Shown here piece after piece: positions 52,127-63,594 of a stretch of 64,000 nt of DNA. Each line of letters starts with the position of its first letter. The stretch's first letter is position 1. Below the pieces are notes generated by a model. The model searched no databases, was not told where the DNA came from, and saw only the letters and a program-made list of their open reading frames with translations. Both the position numbers and the translations under genes were made by a program. Origin of the DNA: Octopus vulgaris (Eukaryota); contig OX597831.1 in assembly GCA_951406725.2 (NCBI GenBank), positions 41,354,001-41,418,000 of the forward strand. Reading direction: 5' to 3'.

Positions 52127-53180
52127 AGTTAATCCAAACAAGAAAACACAAAAAAAACACAGCAACGCGAGGACGTGGAACAAATAAAGTATTATTGGAC
52201 GCTCAGGAAAGAAGGGAAGGAGGGTTTAACGTTTCGAGCGGAGCTCTTCGTCAGAAACAAAGGAGAAGGAAAGATCCCGAGAAGGGAAGACAGAGGAAAA
52301 AAATTGCTGGCGGTGCTCACGAGGTCACATACATACATATACATACACACACACACAGTACTATCTATATTAGAAGACACAACATATGAAAAGGCTCAAC
52401 ACTACAGTCAGCAGAAAATAATGAGAGACCTAAAATCCATGTTAAACCTATACAGGGAAGGGCTCTCTGACAAAGAATAGCACTATATGACCAATTTCAA
52501 AAGTAAAACCAGTCATTTCTACGGTAGTTCCAAGATACACAAAGTGAGAAAATATGTAACACATGTAGGAAAGCCAAAGACATGATAATCAAAGTACCTA
52601 CTCCTAATGACCTCAAATTGAGACCTTTAATAACAGGTACCACATGCGAAGCCCACCGCCTCAGTAACTTTTTAGATACCCTCTTAAAACCATTCTTCGA
52701 GCATGTCAAAAGCTACATAAGGGTCGACCTGGATATGCTCAATCACCTTCCTGAAACAATAAACAAAAACACCCTACTAGTATCCTTCGATGTAGTCAAC
52801 CTCTATTCCAATATCCCCCACAACCTAGAAATAGAGGCAATTCAATTCTGGCTAGAGAATTACACCAATGAACTCCAACACCGCATCAAAAAAGAATTTG
52901 TGATAGAAGGGCTAAAATTTATCTTGGAGAATAGCTACTTCATCTTCAAAGACAACTTCTATTGACAAAAATCAGGGACTGCGATGGGTACGAAAATGGC
53001 CCCCTCTTATGCTAACCTGGTCATGGGATATCTAGAAATTAGTCTTTATCATAAGGTACTAGAAAAATATGGCAACCCATTCTCCCTCTACATAGAAAAT
53101 AACTGGAAGAGATACTTGGATGACTGTTTCATTCTTTGGCATGTAAACATTCAATTTACGATGGAATATAGCCATCAAAA
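52127..53180 (+). mobile_element. Penelope-like retroelement: inverted pseudo-LTR plus RT pseudogene
   Basis: ORFs 52582-53160 contain LRPLITG..HRLSNFLD..LVSFDVVNLYSNIPH..GTAMGTKMAPSYANL..WKRYLDDCF (PLE RT, in-frame stops). An antisense pLTR lies at 52127-52330, and a related degraded direct pLTR at ~53555-53735. Confidence 0.85.
52224..52258 (-). ncRNA. Minimal type I hammerhead ribozyme motif in Penelope pLTR
   Basis: Minus strand reads GTTT CTGACGA a GAGC tcc GCTC GAA ACGT T AAAC: intact core boxes, stem II, palindromic stem III (ACGT) and stem I GTTT/AAAC. Confidence 0.55.
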
Positions 53181-53189
53181 ACGTCCCTT

Positions 53190-53436
53190 CCTCGGAACTT
53201 TCCAAGATGTTTTCGACCAATTTTCCAGGAAGTTGGAAAATTCATTGGAACTTTCCAGGAAGTTTTCGACAACCTTTTCCGGATGTTGGGAAATCCCCGG
53301 AACATTCCATGAAACCCCCCGGAACTTTCCAGGAAGTTTTCGACCAATTTTCCACGAAGTTAGAAAATCTTTGGAACATTCCATGAAATCCTCGGAACTT
53401 TCCAGAAAGTTTTCGCCCAATTTTCCAGGAAGTTAG
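53190..53436. repeat. Degenerate tandem repeat (ggaactttccaggaagttttcgaccaattttccaggaagtt...)
   Basis: About four units truncating the Penelope RT. Confidence 0.8.
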
Positions 53437-54171
53437 CTGTAGGAAGTAAGAATTATCAATTCATTCATAATTAATTATTAACTTTCAACTCTATTTTCTT
53501 TTCTTCTATTAATTGCATGCTGATTATATATATATGTACGTATGTGTGTGTGTGGACCACTGAAGTCTACAAGTATTTTTTATTCTCTCTCTGTTTATTT
53601 TTTCCTATTCCTTTCTGTTGAAGAGCATAGGTTCGAAACATAAACTTCTTGATTTTCCTGAGTGTCAAACTAATACATTTGCTTGATGTTAACGCACTTG
53701 CCTTTGTCTTTTGTTTTTCTATAAATTTCAACTATACACACACGCACACACATGACAGGCTTCGTTCAGTTTCCATCTATCAAATCTACTCACAAGGACT
53801 TTGTTGGCCTGAGGCTATAATAGAAAACACTTGCCCTAGGTGCCATGCAGCAGGACTGAACCCAGAACCACATAGTTGTGAAGCAAACTAATCACCACAC
53901 GACCATGGATGCCTTGGTCGGCCCAAGGCTTTAGTAGAAGACACTTACCCAAAGTGCCATACCGTGGGACTGAACTTGGAACTATAAGGTTCTTCTGACC
54001 ACACAGCTACGGCTGTGCCTGCTGAATATGACTCAGAATATATGAAATAAATGAAGAGTTTTATATTCATTTATTTAAAACTGGGCACAACAATCACGTT
54101 AGCTGATAAGATATTCTCAAATATCCTCAAATACATTTGCGAATACGTACGCATGTGCGGGACACATTGTA

Positions 54172-54370
54172 TATTCTTTTCTACTCTTGGCACAAGGCCC
54201 GAAATTTTGGGAGTCGGGCCAGTCGATTAGATCAACCCAGTACGCAACTGATGCTTAATTTATCGATCCTGAGAGGAGGAAAGGCAAAGTCGACCTCGGC
54301 AGAATTTGAACTCAGAAATACCGATCAGCATTTCGCCTGATATGCTAACGTTTCTGCTAGCTCGCAGCCT
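54172..54370 (-). mobile_element. Meta-type SINE
   Basis: Reverse complement of core and head; faces the plus copy at 54632-54848. Confidence 0.8.
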
Positions 54371-54631
54371 TGGGGAACACACTGAATATTATAATCTCAG
54401 ATGTACTAAACCTGAATTCAAAAAGTGAGAAAGGATGAGATGATCACGACAGCCGGAACACTTTTGATCATAACTCCACAAGATCGGAGCCAACTTGTGA
54501 CAAAAAAATATCTCAAGTTCGTAGAAAGAGCAAACGTACACACATACGGGCATACGAACATATATACATACACATGCATATATACATATGCACATACATG
54601 CATACGTATTCATGGCAGAATACGTATTCAT

Positions 54632-54848
54632 ACGAGCTGGCAGAAACGTTAGCACTCCGGGCGAAATACGTTGCCCTATTTTGTCTGCCGTTACGTTCTG
54701 AGTTCAAATTACGCCGAGGTCGACTTTGCCTTTCATCCTTTCGGGGTCGATTAAATAAGTACCAGTTACGCACTGGGGTCGATATAATCGACTTAATCCG
54801 TTTGTCTGTCCTCTCTGTATTTAGCCCCTTGTGGGTAGTAAAGAAATA
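54632..54848 (+). mobile_element. Young Meta-type SINE
   Basis: Near-consensus with CpGs intact. Confidence 0.85.
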
Positions 54849-55451
54849 CATACATTCATACATACACGTGCGCACGTGTACGTGTGTTTCAATCTCGACT
54901 GAATAAAAAAACAAAACAGACGTCAAAAATCACAAGGCATATGATAGAATCTCTTTGAGTTCGTGACTATCCTTAAATGTGTTCATATGACGTAGCGTGC
55001 CTTTATGCTCTGATTTCAAATCCGGTTGAAGACGGTACAGTGTGTACAGGTATGCGCTGGTCTATCCAACAGGCTATTCATCCCACTTCCCCAACGCAAA
55101 GTTCTTGTCCTAGTTAGCAGAATAAAAATATTTAAATAGATAAGTTTGATAACGTTTTGCTCTAACTAGAATTATAAGAGAAGTCTAGCTTTTGTTCTGT
55201 GTTGGAAAGAATGTGACCCTCTCTCAAGTAAGATTTTTGGAGAGAAAACTGATAACTCAATAAAACTGAAGAATTGCGGAAATAATATATCGTACAGATG
55301 ACAAAGGAACGATCATTAGAAGATCTAAATTAGAACTTTCATTTTCATTATAGTCCTCTTCTTTCTCTAATACTTTTAGCTATCGAATAACTGACTGGCT
55401 TTTAGGTTTGTGTTTGCATGTCAAAATATAAAAAGTATGACGTATAAAATA

Positions 55452-55678
55452 CAGGGTGGTCCAACAGTAGATTTACTATTATTCAGTTATCTCTTTCGCT
55501 TGCATATATTAACAGTTTAGATTTTAATTATAAAAAAGATATGAAACCTTTATTCTAGTTAATTTTGTCAAGCTTCCTTTTCAGTTTGTAAGATAGAAAT
55601 TTAAATATAACGAAATGTTTTAGAAGAAGCTTAAAGTGCCTACGTGATAACTGTAAACCTACTTTTGGACCACCCTTG
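55452..55678. mobile_element. Tc1/mariner MITE
   Basis: TA TSD; ~32-bp TIRs cagggtggtccaacagtagatttac / gtaaacctacttttggaccacccttg. Confidence 0.8.
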
Positions 55679-56138
55679 TATAAGTATAAATCTTAATTTT
55701 TCTGTACGCTTATATTTGTTACCATCTACTGCGTATACGATTCTAACACACATACACACAAGACATAATTTCACTGAATCATCCTTTTGCCTTATCACCG
55801 TTTCTGTCTAGTTTTCTTTAAAATCTGCGCCTATTGTTATTAGGGATCTAACAAATAAGCGGAATACAAATCTTATATATTACTTTATTCTCCGTAGTAC
55901 TTCTTTTTTTTTTTGTTTTTTGTTTATAATATAAGAGCTAAATGCAGTATTAAGAAGATTAACGATTTCAATAGATTCGTTTAATCTCCAGTATAGTCTA
56001 CATCTATTAGCGAACACAATTTTGACTGCATGAGTATTTCCCCTTGAGCAAACAATGAGGCCTGCAAATTTCTATGTTCGGATTAACTGTCTTCATGTGT
56101 GTGTATTGTATGTACTTTGTCTTCTGATTATAACTCCT

Positions 56139-56452
56139 GGTACTACTGGCGAACAGTGGTCCCGGTGCGCGCACTCGAGTAGTCGCGCATCCGCGCTAGC
56201 TAGCCGTGACTAGTCGATCCTACAACGACTACGTAGCAAAGTAAATAAAACACAAAATAATTTTTTTACACAAAGTAAATCATTTTTGTTAAACAAAGTA
56301 AATAAAACTCAAAAACACAAAGTAAATAATTTTTTAAACAAAGTAAACAACACACAAAAACACAAAGTAAGGATCGACTAGTCACGACTAGCTAGCGCGG
56401 ATTGGCGTGTACTCGAGTGCGCGCACCGGGACCACTGTTCGCTAGTAGTACC
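56139..56452. mobile_element. Merlin-like MITE family A (314 bp)
   Basis: ~83-bp GC/CpG-rich TIRs starting GGTAC, a perfect 8-bp TSD taactcct (56131-56138 / 56453-56460), and an AT-rich core of caaagtaaa repeats. Confidence 0.8.
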
Positions 56453-56792
56453 TAACTCCTTCTTACATCTACATAGCAATGTGTCTTTATCGAGATGTAT
56501 ATATGAGTGTGTCTTTGTGTTTGTTCCTCCACTAGCTGACAACAGGTGTTGGTTTGTTTATGTCCACGGGATCTTGTTAAAATCTTTCTACCCACTTGAA
56601 AATTTTTTAAAAGTGTAATTTTTCATGCCGTTGACAAAAAATCGCTTTAATTCTTTTTCTAGAAATCGTTAATTAAACAATTACAAGTATCTAGAAATTA
56701 GGTAGTTTTAGCCAGTCGAAGCCTCGATTGCCGAATATATTAGAAGTCGTGATTGTCTGTCCCCATGGGAACAGAACACAAAATCTTTACGT

Positions 56793-57525
56793 CAGGCCTG
56801 GCCAACACGAATTACTTTGCAGGCCACTTTAATCATAGAAAGTTTTTTGAGGGCCGCTTGTGTAACAGAGTTGAATGCGTTTCGCTTTCTCATGCTATTA
56901 TTACAATAACGAATGATGATCGTTCATTCAACATGAAATATTATCGTTGTAAAAACAGTGGTATCTTTCTTTTTTTACTTTTCATTACAATTTTTGGCAA
57001 TCTTTCGTCTCTAGTAGACATTTCCGTCGATTTCCGTAAAAAATTTTTTTTTTTTACATATGGGCTTGCGGTAACTTTTGAAGTAATATACATACGTATA
57101 CACATACACCGAGTAAAAAATTTCAGTTATCTCTCTCTTTCACACATTACTCTCTCTGTCTCTTCACACACACTAACAGAAGCACTTCACTTACACAACA
57201 TACTGTCTGTTTCCCACACCCCATCAAACACACACACACACACATATACATCAATGCTTCCCCTGGACGGTAACTTCAAAAGAACTTCCCTCGTCATACA
57301 ATCGCTTTCTCTTAGTCTCTTTCGCTCTCATTACTTCAAAAGTTCCCGCAAGCCCATATGTAAAAAAAAAAAATTTTTTACGGAAATCGACGGAAAGGTC
57401 TACTAGAGACGAAACATTGCCCAATTTTTAATTTTTGATAAAATCTTAAAAATGTTTGTTTAAATAAACCCATTTCAATAAAGTATTAAGCGAGCTGCAA
57501 GATAAAAGCCTGCGTGCCAGCCCTG
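56793..57525. mobile_element. hAT MITE hosting a Merlin-like MITE
   Basis: CAGGCCTGGC...GCCAGCCCTG with a perfect 8-bp TSD ctttacgt. Confidence 0.8.
56996..57421. mobile_element. Merlin-like MITE family B, second copy
   Basis: GGCAAT...ATTGCC with an 8-bp TSD caattttt; near-identical reverse complement of 27067-27492. Confidence 0.8.
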
Positions 57526-57673
57526 CTTTACGTCGTCTTTCGACCTTCTAGGAGTAACAACCAAATCTTCCTTAAATTAACCATTAAAAAAAAAAATAGA
57601 TAACACATTGTGTCATATCTAAATTAAAGTATATCTCCGCAGACATTAATCGTTAATTCAGGACCCCTTAAAC

Positions 57674-58775
57674 CAGGGGTCTCCAAAGTGGGATCAACCG
57701 TTAACAAAAAAAAAAAAAAAAACCCAGCCTGCTGGGTGCTAACAACTGTGTAGAAAACAAATATGACAAAAAAAATTTGCGCAGACGAACCTGGAGGGGT
57801 GGGAGAGAATTTTCGGAAAATTCACAAGATCCGATTTTTCCGTTATAACTTTCGGGAAAATGGATATATATTGATTTTTTTACGGAATCCCACGTTTTTG
57901 GTTATGCAGGAACTGATTCTGAAAAAAAAAAAAAAAAAAAGAAAATTCAAAATTTCAATCCCCCACTTAATTTTTCACTTTTTTCCGGAATTTCTTTTTT
58001 TTTTTTTTACGAAATACGTAGAAAAATACGATTACAATTCTGACGAAAAAATTTAGTAAAATTTCAATTTTTTAACAAATATATATATTAAACAGCCGAA
58101 ATTTGCAATGATGAATCGGTTTCTGACTGAAGAATGAAGGCTTTGAATGACCCGTCTGTTTTTTATGTTCGTCCCTTCGTGTATTTCACGTTATTTATAT
58201 TTATATATGTAAAGTTTTATTATATATATATATATATATATATACACCCACAACTCCCTCCCCTCCCAATTCTACGGCCTTGGTCTTCAAGCAGGCTATC
58301 CACATTCTAGAAATAACAGCTAAATCTCACAGTCGAAATTTTGAAAACGGGATTTTTGAAAAATTCTTTTCAGAATCGGATCCTTCATAACCAAAAACGA
58401 AGGATTCCGTAAAAAATATCAATATATAAGTTATGACGGAAAAATCGGATCTTGTGAATTTTCCGAAACTCCTCACCGCACTCCCCGCCCCCCGATTCGT
58501 TTGCGCAATTTTTTTTTTTTGTCACATTCGTTTTCTACACAGTTCTTAACACCCAGCAGGCTGTCTTTTTTTGTTTTTGTTAACGGGTGAAGATCTTTAT
58601 ATTAACCTGAAAGTGATCCATATCGACCCCCTGGGACTATTTAAGAGGTCGCTAAATGCATATCTACTTAATTATTATTATTATTTATTTATTTTCTTGT
58701 ACACGCCTGGGGATCGATGAGGGGGTCAAGGATTCCATGAAGGGGTCGATGGTCTAAAAAGTTTGGGGACCCCTG
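57674..58775. mobile_element. hAT/Charlie MITE split by a long-TIR element
   Basis: CAGGGGTCTCCAAA...TTTGGGGACCCCTG with TSD ccttaaac / ctttaaac. Confidence 0.75.
57695..58596. mobile_element. Non-autonomous DNA transposon with ~250-bp TIRs (superfamily uncertain, possibly Kolobok)
   Basis: Arms ccgttaac..cagcctgctgggtg..cggaaaattcacaagatccgatttttccg, with the reverse complement at ~58335-58590. No clean TSD. Confidence 0.7.
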
Positions 58776-59951
58776 CTTTAAACACTTAGTGTACCCCCAC
58801 ACATCGATAGTAAATGTACTTCCTCTTTTCTTGTGATAAAAGTGTGAACAAAGTTTAAAAGTAAAAGTTGGCGAGGGTGGTTATTTATTTTTCCTAAAAT
58901 TTTACTGGTGAATGTGTTAAATAATAAGGCACTAAAAGAGAATGACTCTCTCCAGACACAACATAATATAATTTTATTAAATTTGATGGTGAAAGCAAGA
59001 ACACAATTGATTAAAAAAATGTAAATCAGGTAGAAAATGGTAAATAAAGAAAATTATTTACTAAATAAACAGGTAGAAAAGTCGTTCACTCTTGAATATA
59101 TACATTGTGCTAAAAGATACTGGTGCCCTCTAAAAATTTTTGAGATAATCCAAAGCATAGCATCACAGTGGGTTATCGTAAGGACGAGGTGCCAGAACAG
59201 CCAAACACCCTCATAAGTGTTACCTGATATTCTGGGGTAACTGGATGCTAACAAAGCAAAAGAATTCCTTGTTGACTTTTCAGGTCCTCTGTACGTCTCA
59301 GCAGGCACAGATTGAAAAATGTAATTTATAGATAGATTATGGTGTTTTAATGTTTAGCTATGAATGCAGTAACCCTCACCTTCACCACAGCATGGTATTA
59401 AGTGTGTGTGGTGGAACAGAAGAGTTGTTAGCAATTCTTTCAACCATAGACACAAGGCCTGACATTTTGTGGTGTGAGGGAGCTTAGTGAATTATACTGA
59501 ATGCAGCACTCAACTGGTACTTGTTTTATAGGCTCCAAAAGAGAGAAAGGCAAAGTCGACTTTGGTGGAATTTGAATCAGAATGCAAAGCTGAAGGAAAT
59601 GCCACAAATTATTTTGTCTGCTGAGCTAACAATCCAACCAGCTTTCCACCTAAGATTTGCTAATGGTAGCATCTCACTCCAAGAGCAAAGGCTGAATCCA
59701 TTGCTTATCTTCCCATTGTTCCTGAACAATCCTACTAGTTCCAATATTGAAAGGATATTAACTCTGATTAGGCGTCAGTTCATGATTAGGTTTATTGCAT
59801 GGTAACCAAAATGGAAAATTCAGTCAACACAACTATCTATCTACCTACCTACCTACCTATCTATCTTTCTATCTGTCTGTCTACCTGTCTACATACCAGT
59901 TTGTCTGTCTGTCTGTTTGTCTATCTGTCTGTTTGTCTATCTATCTATCTG

Positions 59952-60022
<71 letters not shown>

Positions 60023-60748
60023 AATTATAATGTTTATATATGTTATTAAGGTTCTCGTTTTGGTTAAATAAATAAATAAGTCAACATTTTTATATCCAAA
60101 AGCTGATGAACCAACTAAATTGTTTCTCCATTTTATTATTTGTATTATATATATATATATATATTTATCATTCAACTACAGTACTAGTTGAATAATATTC
60201 TTAAGGCCACAATTTACTCACATGCTGTATCTTTCAGAGCTTGTCACTAATTCAGTTCTTAACCAGATTGAAAACTGTTAGCAATTTTGAAGAGGACTGC
60301 TCCCTCGCTACAGTTTGGCATGAAAAAAATTGGGATTTGATCCAGCAGAAAAAAAGTTGACATCAAAATTTGTAGCAATGTTATAAGAGAGTTTAGATAG
60401 AAAAATAATCAAGTTTAGATATAAATAACTTTTTTATTTTAAAAGCAAAATATATTTATCTTAGCTTCAATGATAGAAGAAAGCATATGCAACAAAAATT
60501 TGTATCAAGAAAGTTGTGAGGTAAAATATCATAAAAAATAAAATAGGGCAAAAAATTTTTTTAATTTTAAAAACAAACTATATTTTAACTAAGCTTAAAC
60601 AATAGAACTCAATTCAAAGAATTTCATGGTATCAATTTCATGCAATGAAGTTTTAAAAGAAAAAAGTTATGAGTGTTTGTTTCACAAATTTGAGGGTGAT
60701 AATATAGTTCTATACTTTTTTATGAATATATATATATATATATATATA

Positions 60749-61130
60749 CTAGCAGTATTGCCCGGTGTTGCTTGAGTTTGTAAGGGAAATAACTATATAA
60801 GCATTTTTAGAGAGTTATAGCAAAAAAATGAATTCAAAATGGAAAAAAAATGATGGTAAATTTTTTTTTAAATCGTTGAATCATCGTAGACATTTTTAGA
60901 GAATTACTTCCCTTATATAATAGCGAAAAAATGCATTAAAATGGAAAAAAATGATGGTAATTTTTTTTTTAAATCGTAGACTCATCGTAGACGCGAGCTA
61001 ATACCCAGAAGGGCTCGATATGAATCACAACTATAAGATAGTTTGGTTAAACTGCACCGCAAAATGTGGGAGTAGTTAGGAATCTAAATCGTAGGAGACA
61101 GACACACAACTTCACTTTTATATATAAAGA
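60749..61130 (-). mobile_element. Non-autonomous Helitron
   Basis: Minus strand 5' TCTTTATATATAAAAG and 3' hairpin-like gcaacaccgggc then CTAG, inserted at A|T within (TA)n. Confidence 0.8.
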
Positions 61131-61140
61131 TATATATATA

Positions 61141-61430
61141 TCACCGTGACCAACCAGGCTATCATATGTTGCTACACATCGCTGGTCACAATGTGTTTCA
61201 CATTGTTTTAGCCTTCAAATGACGCCACCCCGCTGGTTAATCGAGCAGGCCAACAGAAGTAAAAGTGAGAGAAAGTTGTGGCGAAAGAGTACAGCAGGGA
61301 TCACCACCACCCCCTGCCGGAGATCGTGGAGCTGTAGGTGTTTCCGTTCAATAAACACTCACAACGCCCGGTCTGGGAATCGAAACCGCGATCCTATGAC
61401 TGCTAGTCCACTGCCCTAACCACTGGGCTA
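61141..61430 (-). mobile_element. tRNA-derived SINE (third family)
   Basis: Minus strand head TAGCCCAGTGGTTAGGGCAG..GGTTTCGATTCCC. Confidence 0.7.
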
Positions 61431-61442
61431 TATATATATATA

Positions 61443-61840
61443 GGCGTACGAATGGCTGTGTGGTAAGTAGCTTGCTTACCAACCACATGGTTCCGGGTTC
61501 AGTCCCACTGCGTGGCACCTTGGGCAAGTGTCTTCTACTATAGCCTCGGGCCGACCAAAGCCTTGTGAGTGGATTTGGTAGACGGAAACTGAAAAGAAGC
61601 CCATTGTATATATGTATGTATATATGTGTGTGTGAGTTTGTGTGTCTGTGTTTGTCCCCCCAACATCGCTTGACAACCGATGCTGGTGTGTTTACGTCCC
61701 GGTAACTTAGCAGTTTGGCAAAAGAGACTGATAGTATAAGTACTAGGCTTACAAAGTATAAGTCCTGGGGTCGATTTGCTCGACTAAAGGTGGTGTTCCA
61801 GTATGGCCGCAGTCAAGTGACTGAAACGAGTAAAAGAGTA
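61443..61840 (+). mobile_element. Full-length composite tRNA-CORE SINE
   Basis: A-box tggctgtgtgg, B-box ggttcagtcc, CORE ggcaccttgggcaagtgtctt, microsatellite and 3' module. Confidence 0.9.
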
Positions 61841-62331
61841 TAGTATCATAAGGGCACTGTTAATATATGACACTGGCGTCATTGAGGTAAGGAAAAAGTT
61901 ATCAACGACACCGCTAATTAACATATTGTTAATTAGCATATTGTTAATTAGCAATTAGCATGATAAGACAAAATAAACTAGCAAAAAAATTACTGGATAA
62001 TTCCAGAACCTAGATTTCTGGCTCTGCATAACCCTTTCCACTATAGGCACAAGTCCTGAAATTTGGGGGAGGAGAATAGTTGATTACGTCGACCCCAGTA
62101 CTCAACTGGAACTTAATTTATCGACTCTGAAAGGATGGAAAGCAAAGTTGACCTTGGCGGAATTTACCTGGGAAAAACATGGATTACATGGAAAAATGCA
62201 AGCAAGAGAAATAATATTCTTAAGATTATAAACCTGGAAAAGTTTAGGACATCTTATTATATCTGGTAAAGTACAGAACAAGAAAATTTTTACTTAAAGT
62301 ATTGCACCTCTTATATTCTCCTTTTTTTTTT

Positions 62332-62738
62332 TCTCTTTTACTTGTTTCAGTCATTTGGCTGCAGCCATGCTGGAGCACCGCCTTTAATCGAGCAACTCGA
62401 CCCTGGGACTCATTCTTTGTAAGCCTAATACTTATTCTATCGGTCTCTTTTGCCGAACCGCTAAGTGACGGGGACATAAACACACCAGCATTGGTTGTCA
62501 AGCGATGTTGGATGGGACAAACACAGACACACAAACATACACGCACACATATATATATATATATATACATATATACGACGGGCTTCTTTCAGTTTCCGTC
62601 TACCAAATCCACTCACATGGCTTTGGTCAGCCCGAGGCTATAGTAGAAGACACTTGCCCAAGTTGCTACGCAGTGGGACTGAACCCGGAACCATGTGGTT
62701 GGTAAACAAGCTACTTACCACACAGCCATTCCTGTGCC
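62332..62738 (-). mobile_element. Full-length composite tRNA-CORE SINE
   Basis: Reverse complement of 61443-61840. Confidence 0.9.
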
Positions 62739-63594
62739 TAAAGATAAAATTTGAATATTAAAAATTATTTGATTTTAATTTACAAAGTAATATAATTAAA
62801 AAAGATACCATGTTAAAATATTGGCACACTAGAATACTTAAAAAATGGGAACCAGGAGTACCAATATAGCTAAAGTTTTATGCAAAGTAGAATAGTATAT
62901 ATGGTAGGCAAATTCATTATGTAAAAAATAGGCATTGGGTCAAGACTAAAAATGTGAATACTTGGCAATAACTCAAGCAAATTTTACTGTGAATTTGTTG
63001 CTTTAGGTAGATTTTACTGTAATATATAACTGATTTTTGTATTATTCTACTTATTGTACTAACTAATTATATACTACTATTATTTTTTATAACATATTTT
63101 CAAATTTCTAATTATTAATTAATAATTAAAAAAATTGATTGCTTTTTTGAAGTGCAAAAATATTTTGAGTTATTTTTAATTTTTAATAGAAGTAACAAGT
63201 AATAACAAATAGAAGTAATAACTTGTAATAAAATTTTTAGTTTTAATAAAAGCTGATATTTTCTAAATCTAAATATTTTATTTGAAATTTTATCCTTAGC
63301 AGCAATATTTTAAGTAAAGATATTCTTGTTCTGTACGTTATCAGATGTAATAAGTTGTCTTGAACTTTTCCAAGTGTAAAAACTTGTCCTGTAATTTTCC
63401 GGGTTTATAATCTCAAGAATATTATTTCTCTTGCTTGCATTTTCCTTGTAATGTATGTATGTGTATGTGTGTCTTGAATGCTAAGGCTCATAGGGCTGGC
63501 TACTCAGTTTCTGTGGTGTATAAATGACTGAGATCCCAACATTCACCCTGAACAAGACACCAGTCCATTGCAGAGTTACTTTTTTACAGCCGAG

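Noticed and set aside
56753-57406. 217-aa ORF (and its 141-aa counterpart at 27082-27507)
   Set aside because: Read-through of non-coding MITE sequence, with no transposase motifs.
59224-59247. Possible 24-nt minus-strand microexon (HPVTPEYQ) within ORF 59054-59308
   Set aside because: No recognisable protein similarity or partner exons; cannot be supported without RNA data.
61350-61430. tRNA-like sequence (also ~48010-48075 and ~33415-33480)
   Set aside because: These are SINE heads with A/B boxes but no complete cloverleaf or acceptor stem, so they are not tRNA genes.
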